Numbered from the stretch's first letter, positions 41,601 through 52,675 are shown. The stretch is DNA of 64,000 bases from Candidatus Thorarchaeota archaeon (GCA_963726195.1 CAVSBO010000003.1:800001-864000), one strand, 5' to 3'. Made by a program: numbers and translations. The notes: generated by a model from the sequence alone, not told the origin.

Positions 41601-42565
41601 GCAATACCATTTGCCGCCTGTCTGGAGGTGGAGGCAAGGCCGGTAATTGACTTCCTTATTTCTGCGTCGGTTTGATCCAACTCGAAAGTAAGCTGTTCAA
41701 GCGAGCGTGCCAACTCATCAGACGATGCCGCCAACTGGCCAGCCGCTTCGTTCACTATGTCAGACAATCTCGACTCGATTACGTTAGACAAACCATCCAT
41801 TGTTTGTCGAAGAGTGGCTAGGTCATTCAGCAGAGCGTTCTTGACCGTGGACCTTGCTTCCTGCACCATCGCCTTTGTTCTCTTGCCAAGGTCAGCGATA
41901 GCCTGTAATGATGCATCCTGCTCGCGGCGAACATCTTGGTCGAGTTCCTTGTTCAAAGTCTTGATATCTGTCTGTGTGTCGCCTTGTACTTTGTCAATCT
42001 CACCCTGCACTTCGGCGAGCTGGCCTGTCAGGCTCTGTGCCAAACTCTCGCCGTCCTCTTTGATTATGGACTCCGCAGCTTGGCAGAACCCTGTCATGAT
42101 ATCGCTTGAAGACTCAATCGCGCTAGTCGCACTGGCCTGCTCTTCGTCAATCAGGGTCAAGTCCTGCTCTTCAAGAACTCGGGAAAGCTCGGTCGACATT
42201 GTTCCTCCGGCTTTCTTGATGCTTTCAGCAAGCTCCTCAAGCGCCCTATCTTGCGCGTCAAGCATTTTTCGAGAAATCTGGGCCAGCGAGTCTGTTTGAC
42301 CTGCAACCGATGACAAGTCTGCACTCATCATAAGGTAAGGTGGAATAGCTCGATAGACTGGTACCACGGAATCCACTCGACTGACCAAACCCTTGTTCTT
42401 GAGACCATCCAACGCCTTCTCAACTGTCTGGGGCTTGTCGCCTGATAAGACAGCAACAGCTCCTACGGTCATGTTTCCCCCAGCGAGTACCGGAAGCAAG
42501 ACTCGGACTTCTGCGTCAGTTATGCCAAGATTGGATTTCAGTACAGCAAGGGTTTCCTCACTCAT
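38638..42565 (-). CDS. Giant TrmB-HTH / long coiled-coil / TrmB effector (PLD-like fold) protein, frameshifted ~41430-41500
   Basis: N-terminal LGITDAEVRV..LKNKGLV..YRAIPP (TrmB wHTH) in ORF 41489-42631; C-terminal AQQSIVI..AVMDNKEVVIG in ORF 38638-41430; amphipathic helical middle. Confidence 0.7.
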
Positions 42566-42623
42566 CGCACCAATACTCAATGTGACTCCATTCCTCCTAG
42601 GAACTACATGGACTACCGCTGAA

Positions 42624-43439
42624 TCACGCATTACCAGTCGGCACGTGCCCTGAAGCGAGTCCGAAGATCCTTTTCAGGTCGCCTACCTCAGGCGCCGAGC
42701 TGTGCTCGTTCATAACGATTTCTGCCTGAAGACGGTTACCTTCGTTAGATGTCTTCAGGGTGAGCACCTCTATGCGGTCACCGACAGACAATTTCAATGA
42801 CTCGAGATGCTTTCTTGCATCGTTATTCGTTGCTTCGATGGAAAGAATCCACCAATTCGTTGTTTCATCTGAGAGATTGAAGTTGAGTTTGTAGTACTCT
42901 GAAAAGAGCGACACGTACAGTCTAAATGCCTGAAGGTCTCGAATCGGCACGTGGTCAGGGTTGAGTACGACAATGTCTCGTGCAAGGTCGAAGTGAAAGA
43001 CCATGTCGTCACCAGTTACAAGCAGCAGATTCCCTTCCCGAACTGTCGAGAATCCGGCCCAAATCTTCGAGAATCTTGTTGTGAACTGCCTAATCGAACT
43101 CATATTGAGAGCTGACAAGAAGTCTCGAACGGGTACTCTTCGATCGACCATTTCGCGAGTCCTCTTCTCCAGTATATAGCGCTTGACCTGATCGAGGTAG
43201 ACTGAATAACAGAAGCTCGGAAGGTCCTTGATGTCGACGCCGAGATCTATGAGCATGTTGAGGAAGTTGCGGTCCTTGCAGGCAGGACGCACGGTACACG
43301 CAAGCCTATCCTCTTGGCAGGAAGTGCACTTCTTCTTGTGGAGCTGCAACAGCTCCCTTGAAAGCTGCGTGTCCGCGGCCTTGTCAAGGAGCTGCAATCT
43401 CGACGCGAGAGTCCTGTCGTGACTTTCGTAATCCATCAT
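42624..43439 (-). CDS. Hypothetical protein with Cys cluster
   Basis: HKKKCTSC..C..C..C.R..LPSFCY. Confidence 0.65.
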   Translation of the reverse strand: MMDYESHDRTLASRLQLLDKAADTQLSRELLQLHKKKCTSCQEDRLACTVRPACKDRNFLNMLIDLGVDIKDLPSFCYSVYLDQVKRYILEKRTREMVDRRVPVRDFLSALNMSSIRQFTTRFSKIWAGFSTVREGNLLLVTGDDMVFHFDLARDIVVLNPDHVPIRDLQAFRLYVSLFSEYYKLNFNLSDETTNWWILSIEATNNDARKHLESLKLSVGDRIEVLTLKTSNEGNRLQAEIVMNEHSSAPEVGDLKRIFGLASGHVPTGNA

Positions 43440-43623
43440 GTTTCCTACTCACCTATCATGCGCTAGACAATCACCGGTCATTAATCACCGCGGTGCTATC
43501 GTTGTGCACCACTGCCCAGTTTCGAAAGGACTTCAGGGGTTCACAATGATAAAGTTATGGAAAAAACAATGCAACAAAGCACGCGAGAAGAGCCCGGAAT
43601 CCACGATGTGGTTAGCTTCTTTC

Positions 43624-44472
43624 CTATTCCTTTGTCAGCTCGTTAAGCTTCTGGGTCCATCCCCGTATCTCCTTGCTCAGACGAGCAATGTCATTCTCGT
43701 TCAAGGTGGTAGTCGGGGGATACGATTTCAGATCTCGAGAGATTTTCCCAAACTGAAAAAGAACGGGTGTATGCCCAGGAATCATGGCAGTCAGCTTGTC
43801 ACGCGCCTCCTCAAGTGCCTTGGCCATCTTGTCAGCTCTGGTCTGAGGTTTGACCAGCTTGAGAAGACCGTCCATCACAGCGTCAACAGTTCCCGGCAAA
43901 ACTGGCTCGCTTTTGTCCGCTTGGCCTGCGGCAGCTGTTGCCTCCTTCTCGCCCTTTGAAGAAGCCTTAGACTTTTCGGGTTTCGGTGCCGCCTCGCCCA
44001 GCTTTCCAGCCATTTCCACGGCTTTGCTGACTTCATCCAGAGTTCTGTTGTACTTGCGCTCGATGTCATCGAGCTGTCTGACTATGATGCCTACAATCTC
44101 CTGGGTCTCAGAAAAGGCATGGCTGAGCTCATCAAACTTCTCTTCAAGCGTCGAAAGGCTTGCTACGTAATGCTGGAGATCGTCGATTTTCTTCCCGAGA
44201 ATACTATCCTGCTCCTCGCGACCACTTTGCAGAGCCGCATCGAGATCCTTCACGGAGATGAGGACATCGTCCATTTTCTTGAACAGCACAGTGGTCTCTT
44301 TTGAGTCCAGTGCATCTTGCACTGTCGCGCTAATACCCTGAACTTGAGCCATGAGACCATCCATTTTCGAAGCGAGCGCGGTTTGCTGGTGCACTTCCCC
44401 CTTTAGTGCGCTTACCTCCTCACTGAGGCGTTCGAGCTTCTTCTCGATATCTCCAAGCGATCCTTCAGACAT
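43624..44472 (-). CDS. Coiled-coil hypothetical protein
   Basis: Heptad-rich N-terminal two-thirds, linker, small helical C-domain; likely start MSEGSLG. Confidence 0.7.
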   Translation of the reverse strand: MSEGSLGDIEKKLERLSEEVSALKGEVHQQTALASKMDGLMAQVQGISATVQDALDSKETTVLFKKMDDVLISVKDLDAALQSGREEQDSILGKKIDDLQHYVASLSTLEEKFDELSHAFSETQEIVGIIVRQLDDIERKYNRTLDEVSKAVEMAGKLGEAAPKPEKSKASSKGEKEATAAAGQADKSEPVLPGTVDAVMDGLLKLVKPQTRADKMAKALEEARDKLTAMIPGHTPVLFQFGKISRDLKSYPPTTTLNENDIARLSKEIRGWTQKLNELTKE

Positions 44473-44620
44473 TCCAAGCACTGCCCTACTGGTATTAGTC
44501 CAGAGGGGAATAACTGTTGTATTTAGCCTTTCGTCGATTGTAGATATGGGGCGCAGCACTTGAGCATCGTGACCAAATCAACAAACGAAGTGCTTGTGTT
44601 GGCAGCTCAGGCCAAGGCCT

Positions 44621-45445
44621 CTACGAAGTCTTTGCCCTTATGATCTCCACACCAAGATTCTGAAGTGCAGGAAGGATACGTTCTCTGTGCTCAGCATTCG
44701 TGCCTTTCCAATCAACCAATGCCGCGACAGTCTTCTCTCTCGCACGATTCACCATCTGGCGAATGACATCTGCAGTTATCCCATCCAGAGCATACTTCGG
44801 AGCAATATGGCCGATTCTGTATCGACCCTCGATTACAATGCCATTGAACTTGGTCGCGTAGTGCGTCCCACCGAAGGCAATGACCGCGTCACGTGCGATA
44901 GGCTCATGAATGCAGTCAACTGCCGCGGCTGCTACTGCTTTGGCCGCTTCTCTATTTCGCCATTGGCTCTCGTCACTGCCAAGCTCAACAAAGAGCAGGG
45001 GTATCTTCATCGATGTTGGTCCGTGATGAGTGACTTCCATGCTGACCTCGAATTCGCTCAGTTGCCGTTCTTTCTGCTCTTGGCTGAGCCTCCTAAGAGC
45101 TGTTCCAACCAATGATGCTATGGAGACCGAAAGCTCGCGCGGCTTCCCACCAAATTGCGCTTCATCTCCGAAATTGCCGGTGCTGTGAACAAGCAATGCC
45201 GGACGCCCAGACTGCGCCCTGTGACGAGAACAGAAGATGAAAGCATCCGCGTCGAAGCTCGCTTCAAGATGATCGCATTCCACGAGGTCTCGACTGGACG
45301 TTATCAGCAGAGCGGACTTATCACGGGCCATAACAGGATTGCCCTCAAAAGACTCACCCGTGTCTGAGAAGCCATGGTCCCTGACCAGGACCTCTCGAAT
45401 TGTCTGGCTCGCAATGTCCTTCTCAGATGTGACGAGAACCCTCAA
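44621..45445 (-). CDS. dtdA: Archaeal D-aminoacyl-tRNA deacylase
   Basis: SRH, HSTGNF, EVTHHGPT, FVELGS.E..W, GGTHYA, H..PKY. Confidence 0.93.
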   Translation of the reverse strand: MRVLVTSEKDIASQTIREVLVRDHGFSDTGESFEGNPVMARDKSALLITSSRDLVECDHLEASFDADAFIFCSRHRAQSGRPALLVHSTGNFGDEAQFGGKPRELSVSIASLVGTALRRLSQEQKERQLSEFEVSMEVTHHGPTSMKIPLLFVELGSDESQWRNREAAKAVAAAAVDCIHEPIARDAVIAFGGTHYATKFNGIVIEGRYRIGHIAPKYALDGITADVIRQMVNRAREKTVAALVDWKGTNAEHRERILPALQNLGVEIIRAKTS

Positions 45446-45458
45446 CAGCTAGGTCTCC

Positions 45459-46694
45459 CTAATCTATCCTGCACTTATCCAGTAGAGGCTCAAGTGTTGT
45501 CCCGACATCTATCACGACTGGTTCGCTGAATGCAGAGAGAAGATCACTCTCTATCCGGGTCTTGGATTCCTTGATTTTGCCGAGCTGTTTGGTGATTTCG
45601 TCCCTGATTCTCAAGAGGTCGTTCTTGTGATACTCAAGATTCTTGCTCGCTTCTTCCAGGCGAGAAGCGAGTTCCGTGTTTCTTTCGTATACTTCCGACC
45701 CTGTGAACGCATGGCGTTTCTCATCAATTGCTTTGGCCTGATTCTGAAGGTCATGCAGCGACCCGTTCCTTATGTCCTCTATTTCCTCTATCGCCCGTCG
45801 CTCCAATCTGTCCTTGAGAGCGAGCTTGCCATCCTCCAATGCCTGTCGGAGGCCGTCAAGCCCTTCAACGAGACCCGGATATCCATCCGACTCAGCCGTG
45901 ATAGCGGCCAAGGGATTCTCGAAATAGTCGGCGAGAGCCTTCTGTCCGGCGGGACCAACCCGGACACCGGTCTCAGTCTGAAGGTATGTCTTGACCTGCT
46001 TCTTCAGAGGATTAAGCTTCATTCTCAAGATGCTGGAAACTCGTTCGGACTCCTCATCTAGAGAAAGGAGCTCCGCGACATTCGAGGACTGTCGAAACTG
46101 ATCGTACACCTGCTTCGCAGATGAGTACTCCTTCTTGGCGGAGTCAATCTTGAGCCTGTTTTGGCGAAGCCGTTCTTCGAAGTTTTCCCTCGCAAGTGTC
46201 AGTTCGCGGAGTGACTGGATTCGACCCTCTATGCGTTCAATGTCTTTCAGCCAGCTGAAATCATACAGAAGCTTGCCTAGCTTCTTCATTTCAAGTGACA
46301 ACTCCTTGATGTACATGTCAAGAGATTTGATCGCGGCCTTGTGCTTCTTGTCCATCCGTCCTATCCATCGAGCACCTGCACCCCACACCTCTCTGATGAA
46401 TCGCTCTGTCTCCGTCTGCAAAGCCTCAGTGCTCTCGTAAGTTATCGTCTTCTTCACATCGAAGTTGTCTACTATCTCAGTAATCTTCATCGCGAACCTT
46501 GCTGCAATGCCCTCTGATTCCTCATCTTCTTCGGCGCTAGTTTCTTTGAGGTTCTCTGCTATTGCCTGAACTTCCTTAAGTCCACTCTCAACAGTCTTGT
46601 AGCTTCTTTCGGCCTGTTTGACAAAGTCCTTTGACTTGTCGGCTAGACGCTTCTTGTACCATTTCTCAAGGTGTTCAATAGTGAGAGTGGTCAT
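45459..46694 (-). CDS. Coiled-coil hypothetical protein
   Basis: 411 aa, K/E-rich heptads. Confidence 0.7.
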   Translation of the reverse strand: MTTLTIEHLEKWYKKRLADKSKDFVKQAERSYKTVESGLKEVQAIAENLKETSAEEDEESEGIAARFAMKITEIVDNFDVKKTITYESTEALQTETERFIREVWGAGARWIGRMDKKHKAAIKSLDMYIKELSLEMKKLGKLLYDFSWLKDIERIEGRIQSLRELTLARENFEERLRQNRLKIDSAKKEYSSAKQVYDQFRQSSNVAELLSLDEESERVSSILRMKLNPLKKQVKTYLQTETGVRVGPAGQKALADYFENPLAAITAESDGYPGLVEGLDGLRQALEDGKLALKDRLERRAIEEIEDIRNGSLHDLQNQAKAIDEKRHAFTGSEVYERNTELASRLEEASKNLEYHKNDLLRIRDEITKQLGKIKESKTRIESDLLSAFSEPVVIDVGTTLEPLLDKCRID

Positions 46695-47022
46695 GGCCGT
46701 TGCACAATCGGAGCCGGGTTCGTGTGTGGTTTATCAACCTTTTCAAAGTCCAATGCTTGATTATGTGCACAGTCGACTGCCTCTCATGTACAACGAACAT
46801 TCCGTAATGGAGGAATTGGTAACCCCTTGACCTTTCGCCCGTGGTCGCACGAATGAAATCAAGGGGTTCAATTCCTATGGTTGACTGTTTATGTCTCCTT
46901 CTGCCGTTCATTGTGAGTTGGACAAAGTTGGACACAGGAGTCTTCGTCCGCCCAGAAACGGCACTGGGCTCAAACTCCTTGAGGTCAGGTTCGTGTCGCT
47001 TCAACCTCAATGACTGAATTCC

Positions 47023-47508
47023 TCATTGAGGCTTATGTACTCCCACAGTTTCATGTCCATGTTTGTCCAGATTCTCGGCAGCTGCCGCTGAACCTAAATA
47101 GTCGGCGAGCATGATTCCTGTCGCCGTCAGGCTTGCCTGAAGCCCTCTGGTTGCCATGTCGCCTCCGACTAGCAGTCCCATGTCGATCAAAGCGCGAAGG
47201 TTCCATTTGACGGTACTATATGGAAGGCTGCTTCTGCGTGATACCTTATCGGCAAGGCCTGTGACTGTCAGTTTGTGAAACCTAAGCAACCAGGCAGTCA
47301 TCCTCAGTACCGTCTTTTGAGTCTCGCTCATCCGAACATCTGCCAGTGTCAGAAATGCTGAGGCAAGGCTCTCAAAAGAAGGCTTCTCAGTCGGTTTGGC
47401 TTCTAACTCAGGTGACTCACGGCCACCAGAGAACGAATCCACCTCGTCGGCGGATTTGGCACCCACCACTTGTCTGAGCGACCCGACATCGATGGGCATT
47501 AGGTACAC
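47023..47508 (-). CDS. Winged-HTH protein
   Basis: YSTVKWNLRAL.DMGLL..SLT.TG. Confidence 0.7.
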   Translation of the reverse strand: MYLMPIDVGSLRQVVGAKSADEVDSFSGGRESPELEAKPTEKPSFESLASAFLTLADVRMSETQKTVLRMTAWLLRFHKLTVTGLADKVSRRSSLPYSTVKWNLRALIDMGLLVGGDMATRGLQASLTATGIMLADYLGSAAAAENLDKHGHETVGVHKPQ

Positions 47509-47590
47509 TACTACCCATTGCGTTTTTCACCTCACTTCAAATCGGGTGGCGTACCGTTTTCCTCATTACACTTAAGCTTTGCTCGCGAAC

Positions 47591-48086
47591 CTACTCCATG
47601 TCACTCGGAAGCTCGAAACCCGCAGAACTGAGCTTCCCAAATCCTTGGCTGTAGAGGCTCATGTGATGTCTGATATCCCGCTCTGCCTCTGAAAGGGATT
47701 CAAGTAGGGGTTCTATTTCATCGAGACCGCCCTCTTTGTATTCGTCTATCATGTCACTCATGACATCACTCTGGCCAAGCATGGAATCCTGAATTACGGC
47801 ACCTCAGCTCAATCATCGATTGAACTACCTCAATCGCATCACTATCAGGTAGATAGGGCAGAAAGTCTTCGAAAGCAACGTTGGCTTGACGGCATCTCTC
47901 GACCCGTGTGGGGATTGTTTCGTCAACCATAGAATACATCCAGCCCACTCGCTCGTTGTCTGTCAATTCCCTCAGATTCTCCATCGAGAAGTATCCGGTC
48001 CAAGGAGCGAATTCTGTGGCCTCGTATTCTATCCACTCCTCAAAGGAATTGATAACGCGCTGCCAAGCGTCCTGCGTCTCAGACAT
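47591..48086 (-). CDS. Acidic hypothetical protein, frameshifted ~47790
   Basis: ORFs 47766-48116 and 47591-47782 overlap and share composition. Confidence 0.6.
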
Positions 48087-48148
48087 CAGCCATCGCCTTA
48101 TTGTGCAGGAGTTCACGTTATAAAAGACTGTGTCTATGTCATGATGGA

Positions 48149-48821
48149 ATGACCGACAGACTCCAGCAGATACTTCACCTCCTTGAAGAAACCAAGGAGA
48201 ATGACATCATCTCTCCTTTTGACGATCAGACTAGAGGCGTTCTTGAACAGACTCGAAGTACACGAAACAATGGACGAGCCACTGCGTGTCTCCAGAGAGC
48301 AGAGAATCTCTCTCGCCCTCCTTGCGGTCTCCTTAGGGGCCGAGATTGAGTCAGTAATTGAAAGAATGACTTGGAAGGACTTCGAAGCGTTTGTGGCGAG
48401 GGTCCTGACTGAGAATGACTATGCCTGCGTGGAGAGCTTCAGGAGGAGGGGAAACCGGTCAGTGAAGGGCATGGAAGTTGACGTAATCGGTGTCAAAGGG
48501 AAGACAGTCATTGCAATAGACGCAAAAATGTGGAACGCGCGGCTTGGGAAATCGTCTGCACTGATGCTAGCAGCAGACAGGCAGAAAGAGAGAACAGCCA
48601 GACTGCCAGATCAAATCGAGAAATTGTCGGATAAGATTCCCAACATGCGAGATGGTTTGTACAAAGTGATACCAGTGCTTGTGACATGGCTTGTTGAAAG
48701 TGTCTTGTTTCAAAATGGCGTCCCAATCGTGCCCGTTTTTCAGCTCAACTCCTTCTTACTTGACTTGCCAGTTTATGAGGACACGATTGTTAGTTACGAA
48801 GCCAGACTTCAACGCATGTGA
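48149..48821 (+). CDS. Mrr-cat/NERD-like PD-(D/E)XK nuclease
   Basis: WKDFEAFVA, EVDVIG, IDAKMW, GVPIVP; probable 5' frameshift. Confidence 0.75.
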
Positions 48822-48826
48822 AAGGC

Positions 48827-49831
48827 TCATAGAGGAGCAAGTAGACCTGTTACTGTATCCATGAATGCCAGCTGAATGAAGGTAGAGGGAAGAAGCCGCT
48901 TCCTCTGCAGCTCGCGGATCTCAGTATATGTGCCAAGGTTTTCCCTCGTCGCTTTTGCAATCGCGATTGCGCGATCATACGGTGTTGCATCATGAGACCA
49001 GTCTGCACGTTTGGCATCGTCCCAAATGCGTTGCAAAATCGACTGAAGTAATCCGTCTGCCAGTTCGGAAGGATTCAGGGAGGCCTTGGCAGCACCGCAG
49101 ACCGCGGCTTCATTGGTTGTATGTCCATGTGCGATGACAACTATTCTCTTGTCCGAAGGATCGTTCTCAAGCCAGCCTGCTAGAAAGTCATCCAAGTCCC
49201 GTGTTTCACGAGACGCATCGTCACAAGCGGGAATGAATCCGCCAAGTGTCCTTATCACCATTGGGACACCGCTGGATGTGCAAGGAGGCAGAAGTCTTGA
49301 GTCTGAGCATAACACAACCAGCACTTTCTCGTCGATCACAGGAGGTGTCACATTTCTCCGAGCCAGCACGCTCGCCAGCAACCTGTCCGTGAACTTGACT
49401 TCACCGACATGTCGGTAGGATCCCGTTGAGTCCTGTTGTAGGCCCAAGATGTGAGCTTTCTTCAGGTGTTCATTTTGGGTGAGGGCAGACATCGACTCTT
49501 GAATGACATCATCGGGCTCGTCGGATTCGAAGGTGATCGCAGCGATAAGTGTCCCACTGAAGTGACCAAAATACGCGGCGGGCCCTCCAAAGAGGAAAGA
49601 AGACTCCTCAGAACCAAGCAACGATGCTTTTGGGAGACGTGTCGCCCAGAACGCATCACCCTGTCCCAGCCCGAGCAGGCTGCAGTCCTGACCGGACTTA
49701 TGCACGGGTGAAATCATGAGGATGTGCGGATTCTGACCTTTTGCAGCTGCCTCCATCCTCGTCTTGAGCTTGAATGAACGCTCTCTTTCGTCTGCCAGCT
49801 GTCTGGACTTGTCGACCATTGAGTCTAGCAC
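48827..49831 (-). CDS. Beta-carbonic-anhydrase-like protein (degenerate N-domain plus C-domain)
   Basis: CSDSR, IRTLGG, H..CGA in the C-half; AKGQNP in the N-half. Confidence 0.6.
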   Translation of the reverse strand: MLDSMVDKSRQLADERERSFKLKTRMEAAAKGQNPHILMISPVHKSGQDCSLLGLGQGDAFWATRLPKASLLGSEESSFLFGGPAAYFGHFSGTLIAAITFESDEPDDVIQESMSALTQNEHLKKAHILGLQQDSTGSYRHVGEVKFTDRLLASVLARRNVTPPVIDEKVLVVLCSDSRLLPPCTSSGVPMVIRTLGGFIPACDDASRETRDLDDFLAGWLENDPSDKRIVVIAHGHTTNEAAVCGAAKASLNPSELADGLLQSILQRIWDDAKRADWSHDATPYDRAIAIAKATRENLGTYTEIRELQRKRLLPSTFIQLAFMDTVTGLLAPL

Positions 49832-50022
49832 TTGGATTTCCTCTGCACGATTTCAGCAACGTGGCGAACGCAGTATTGGTGTCTGAGAGGGGCCTGCGTT
49901 CTGCAGATGCTCATAACGCTTCTTGTATCAGTACCGTGTTGGCTGTCAATCAACACCTTCAATAAAGAACTAGCTAAAGGCGGGAACGGCCGAGTCCTAC
50001 CAAGAACAGGAGTTGTCACCAC

Positions 50023-50907
50023 ATGCTTCTTGGAATCTCCTATGATGAAAACATAAACAACTGGGCAACGGCTGGCCTCATTGAGGCGATGAAGAACAGG
50101 GGATACGAGGTCAAGGCCTTTCGTCTCTCAGATGTTTCCGCGAACATACCTGACAAGTTTGTTCTCTTGGAAGATGACGACATATCCGGGATGAACGGTG
50201 TGATTGTCAGAACGCTGGGCTTCGGAACAGGAGATCAAATGACATATCGCATAAGCCTGCTGGAGCATTTCGAGAACGCCGGTATTTACGTCATGAACCC
50301 TGCCTATTCGTTTCGCAGGGCAAAGGACAAGTATGCGACTCTGACCGCGCTCCACAAGGCAGGTATCAATGTGCCTCGGACTTATGTTGGCGAGAACCTC
50401 GATGCTGCAATTAAGTTCGTAGATGAGGTCGGTGATGTCGTGGTGAAGCCCATGATTGGATCGCGCGGTCTCGGAGCCATCAGGGCTGAGAACCGTGAAC
50501 TCACATACAGGGCACTCAAATTCATACACCAACTTGGTCAGGTGCTGTATGTTCAGGAGACGATCAAGAAACCAGACCGTGACATCAGAGCCTTTGTGGT
50601 CGGAGGCAGGGTCGTCGGTTCCATGTACCGCTACCTACCAGACAAACAGGGAGAATGGCGCACCAACGTGCACGGAGGTGGTCGTGCAGTGGTGGCACAA
50701 CTGGACAATGAATACATAGAGTGCGCTGTTAAGACTGCAGAAGTGCTTCGCTTGGATTACAGTGGGGTCGATATCCTAGAGTCCGAGAATGGTCCTTGCG
50801 TTATTGAGGCGAATGCAGCACCGTCATGGAGCGCCCTATCGGAGGTTACTGGTCTCGACATCGCAGGTTTGATTGTCGATAGACTGGTAGAGCTCACACG
50901 AAAGTGA
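50023..50907 (+). CDS. RimK-family ATP-grasp glutamate ligase (MptN/CofF-like)
   Basis: DKY, VVKP..GSRGLG, DIRAFVVG, WRTNVH.GG, GVDI, EANAAP. Confidence 0.9.
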   Translation: MLLGISYDENINNWATAGLIEAMKNRGYEVKAFRLSDVSANIPDKFVLLEDDDISGMNGVIVRTLGFGTGDQMTYRISLLEHFENAGIYVMNPAYSFRRAKDKYATLTALHKAGINVPRTYVGENLDAAIKFVDEVGDVVVKPMIGSRGLGAIRAENRELTYRALKFIHQLGQVLYVQETIKKPDRDIRAFVVGGRVVGSMYRYLPDKQGEWRTNVHGGGRAVVAQLDNEYIECAVKTAEVLRLDYSGVDILESENGPCVIEANAAPSWSALSEVTGLDIAGLIVDRLVELTRK

Positions 50908-50963
50908 GAGCCTTTATCACCTTGTTGCTGGGGACAGACGGATTTGTTTCAGGATTGTCTCAA

Positions 50964-51698
50964 TCAGAGCGTCTTGAATATCGCCTCAACCTCATCCTGA
51001 CCCAGAATCTTGAACATCTTCGAGGTTGTGTCTATCCGTCCGATTTCAACGATCTTGGCCTTCTCGGCTGCATCGACAGCAGTCTTCTCTCCAGATGCTT
51101 TCACGATGCCTTGGAGTGCTAGCTTCACAGCACCTTCTAGGTCTATGCTAGGTTTGTACTGCTCCTTGAAGAAGTCTCGGACCATGTCAGAGTCCTTTCC
51201 TATTGCTGCGGCTTTCCAGCCCCAGTATGAACCCGAGGGGTCAGTCGTGTAAAGCTGGGGACCGAAGTCATCGACTCCGCCCAAAAGCAGAGATACTCCA
51301 AACGGCCTGGCACCAGCGCCCTGAGTGTAGGACTGCTTGATATCACAGATTTCCACGACAAGAGACTGAACCGAAACGGGCTCGTCGTAGCTAAGTCTGT
51401 TGATCTGTGCCCTTACCCGAGCATAGTCAATCAGCCTTCTAGCGTCTGCATGCAGACCAGCTATTGCCGTTCCTATATGATCATCAATGAGAAGGATCTT
51501 CTTGAGTGTATCAAGATCTACGAGGGCATGGGGAGACCGCTTCTCTCCCGCAATAATCACACCGTCGGTGGCCTTCACACCAACAGCAAGAGGGCCGTGG
51601 CGGACAGCCTCAGTCGCATATTCGACTTGATAGAGCCGACCCTCAGGACTGAACATTGTAATATTCCGGTCATAACCGAGACTCTGTGTGGGAAACAT
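50964..51698 (-). CDS. psmA: Proteasome alpha subunit
   Basis: GYDRNITMFSPEGRLYQVEYA, RPFGVSLL, TDPSG. Confidence 0.97.
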   Translation of the reverse strand: MFPTQSLGYDRNITMFSPEGRLYQVEYATEAVRHGPLAVGVKATDGVIIAGEKRSPHALVDLDTLKKILLIDDHIGTAIAGLHADARRLIDYARVRAQINRLSYDEPVSVQSLVVEICDIKQSYTQGAGARPFGVSLLLGGVDDFGPQLYTTDPSGSYWGWKAAAIGKDSDMVRDFFKEQYKPSIDLEGAVKLALQGIVKASGEKTAVDAAEKAKIVEIGRIDTTSKMFKILGQDEVEAIFKTL

Positions 51699-51810
51699 TC
51701 TGTCCGAACACTCCAGCCCTATCTGGCCTCTGAGCCAGTTTGGCAGGTAAGCCCAACGAGAGGGCGTTTAAAAGCTTAGCGAATGAGCTGTGCTTCGCAT
51801 GTGTCAGTGG

Positions 51811-52533
51811 TCACACGGTCTGTTGCCTACGTTCAAGCTCGAACAGCTCAAGATGCATCTTGATACCCGGTGGTACACCCTTTACGAGTGGTTCAAGCTC
51901 TTCCCGTGTCGGTATCCTGAGTTTGGGCACTTCCGTTTTTCTCGTGCCAGCTGATGCTACATATCTTTGTACAACATATCGTCCCCTGAATCCAATCTCA
52001 TCGAGAAGCCCAAGGATTGCTTGTACATCTTGAGTCGACATGAGATTGCCTGCATAAGTGGTCCGCGGCCAAAAGGCGGCGTCTGAGCCCATCACCAATT
52101 CTATGCTTTCGCGAACTTTGGGCCAAGGGTCATACGATGTTCTGACGACCTCACGATACCTTTTGGGATCCGCTTTGATATCAAACCAGACAGAGTCCAG
52201 ATATGGAAGACAATGCTTGAGGACATCTGGTCTAGACCCTTGAGTGTTCAGGTTAAGGTGATAGTCCTTCTTTCGTCTTAGTTCCTTCAGAAGCTGGGGC
52301 AGGTCTCGATGAATCGTTGGCTCTCCGCCTGTTATGCAGCAACCGTTCGAAAGACTGCCTTCAGTTTTAGCGACTATGGCTTTGATAGGCATATCAGTCC
52401 CCGATGACTCCGGAATGAGCTGTGCGTTCTGACAGTAGGGACAGTCGAAGTTGCATCCGCCAGTAAAAACGACAGTCACAGGAATGCCCGGTACATCAAC
52501 CAGGCTCACATCTATAACAGAAGCAATCCTCAT
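51811..52533 (-). CDS. Anaerobic RNR activating radical SAM enzyme (NrdG-like)
   Basis: SLVD.PG, GCNFDCPYCQN, TGGEPT, DIKA. Confidence 0.85.
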   Translation of the reverse strand: MRIASVIDVSLVDVPGIPVTVVFTGGCNFDCPYCQNAQLIPESSGTDMPIKAIVAKTEGSLSNGCCITGGEPTIHRDLPQLLKELRRKKDYHLNLNTQGSRPDVLKHCLPYLDSVWFDIKADPKRYREVVRTSYDPWPKVRESIELVMGSDAAFWPRTTYAGNLMSTQDVQAILGLLDEIGFRGRYVVQRYVASAGTRKTEVPKLRIPTREELEPLVKGVPPGIKMHLELFELERRQQTV

Positions 52534-52675
52534 TCTATTCCTTCAGTTCCCACTAGGTCATGCGGCAGTTAAATCTGCAACGCAAGAGCAATGCCCTGAA
52601 GTGAACACAGTGTGAGAACGCTTTACCTAGAACACTTATTTTGTAGAAGCCACTTGGTCTCTTGGGACCCCGGCA

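Noticed and set aside
46675-47010. 111 aa ORF upstream of the coiled-coil gene
   Set aside because: No motif and it overlaps the probable promoter (TTGATAAA); likely spurious.
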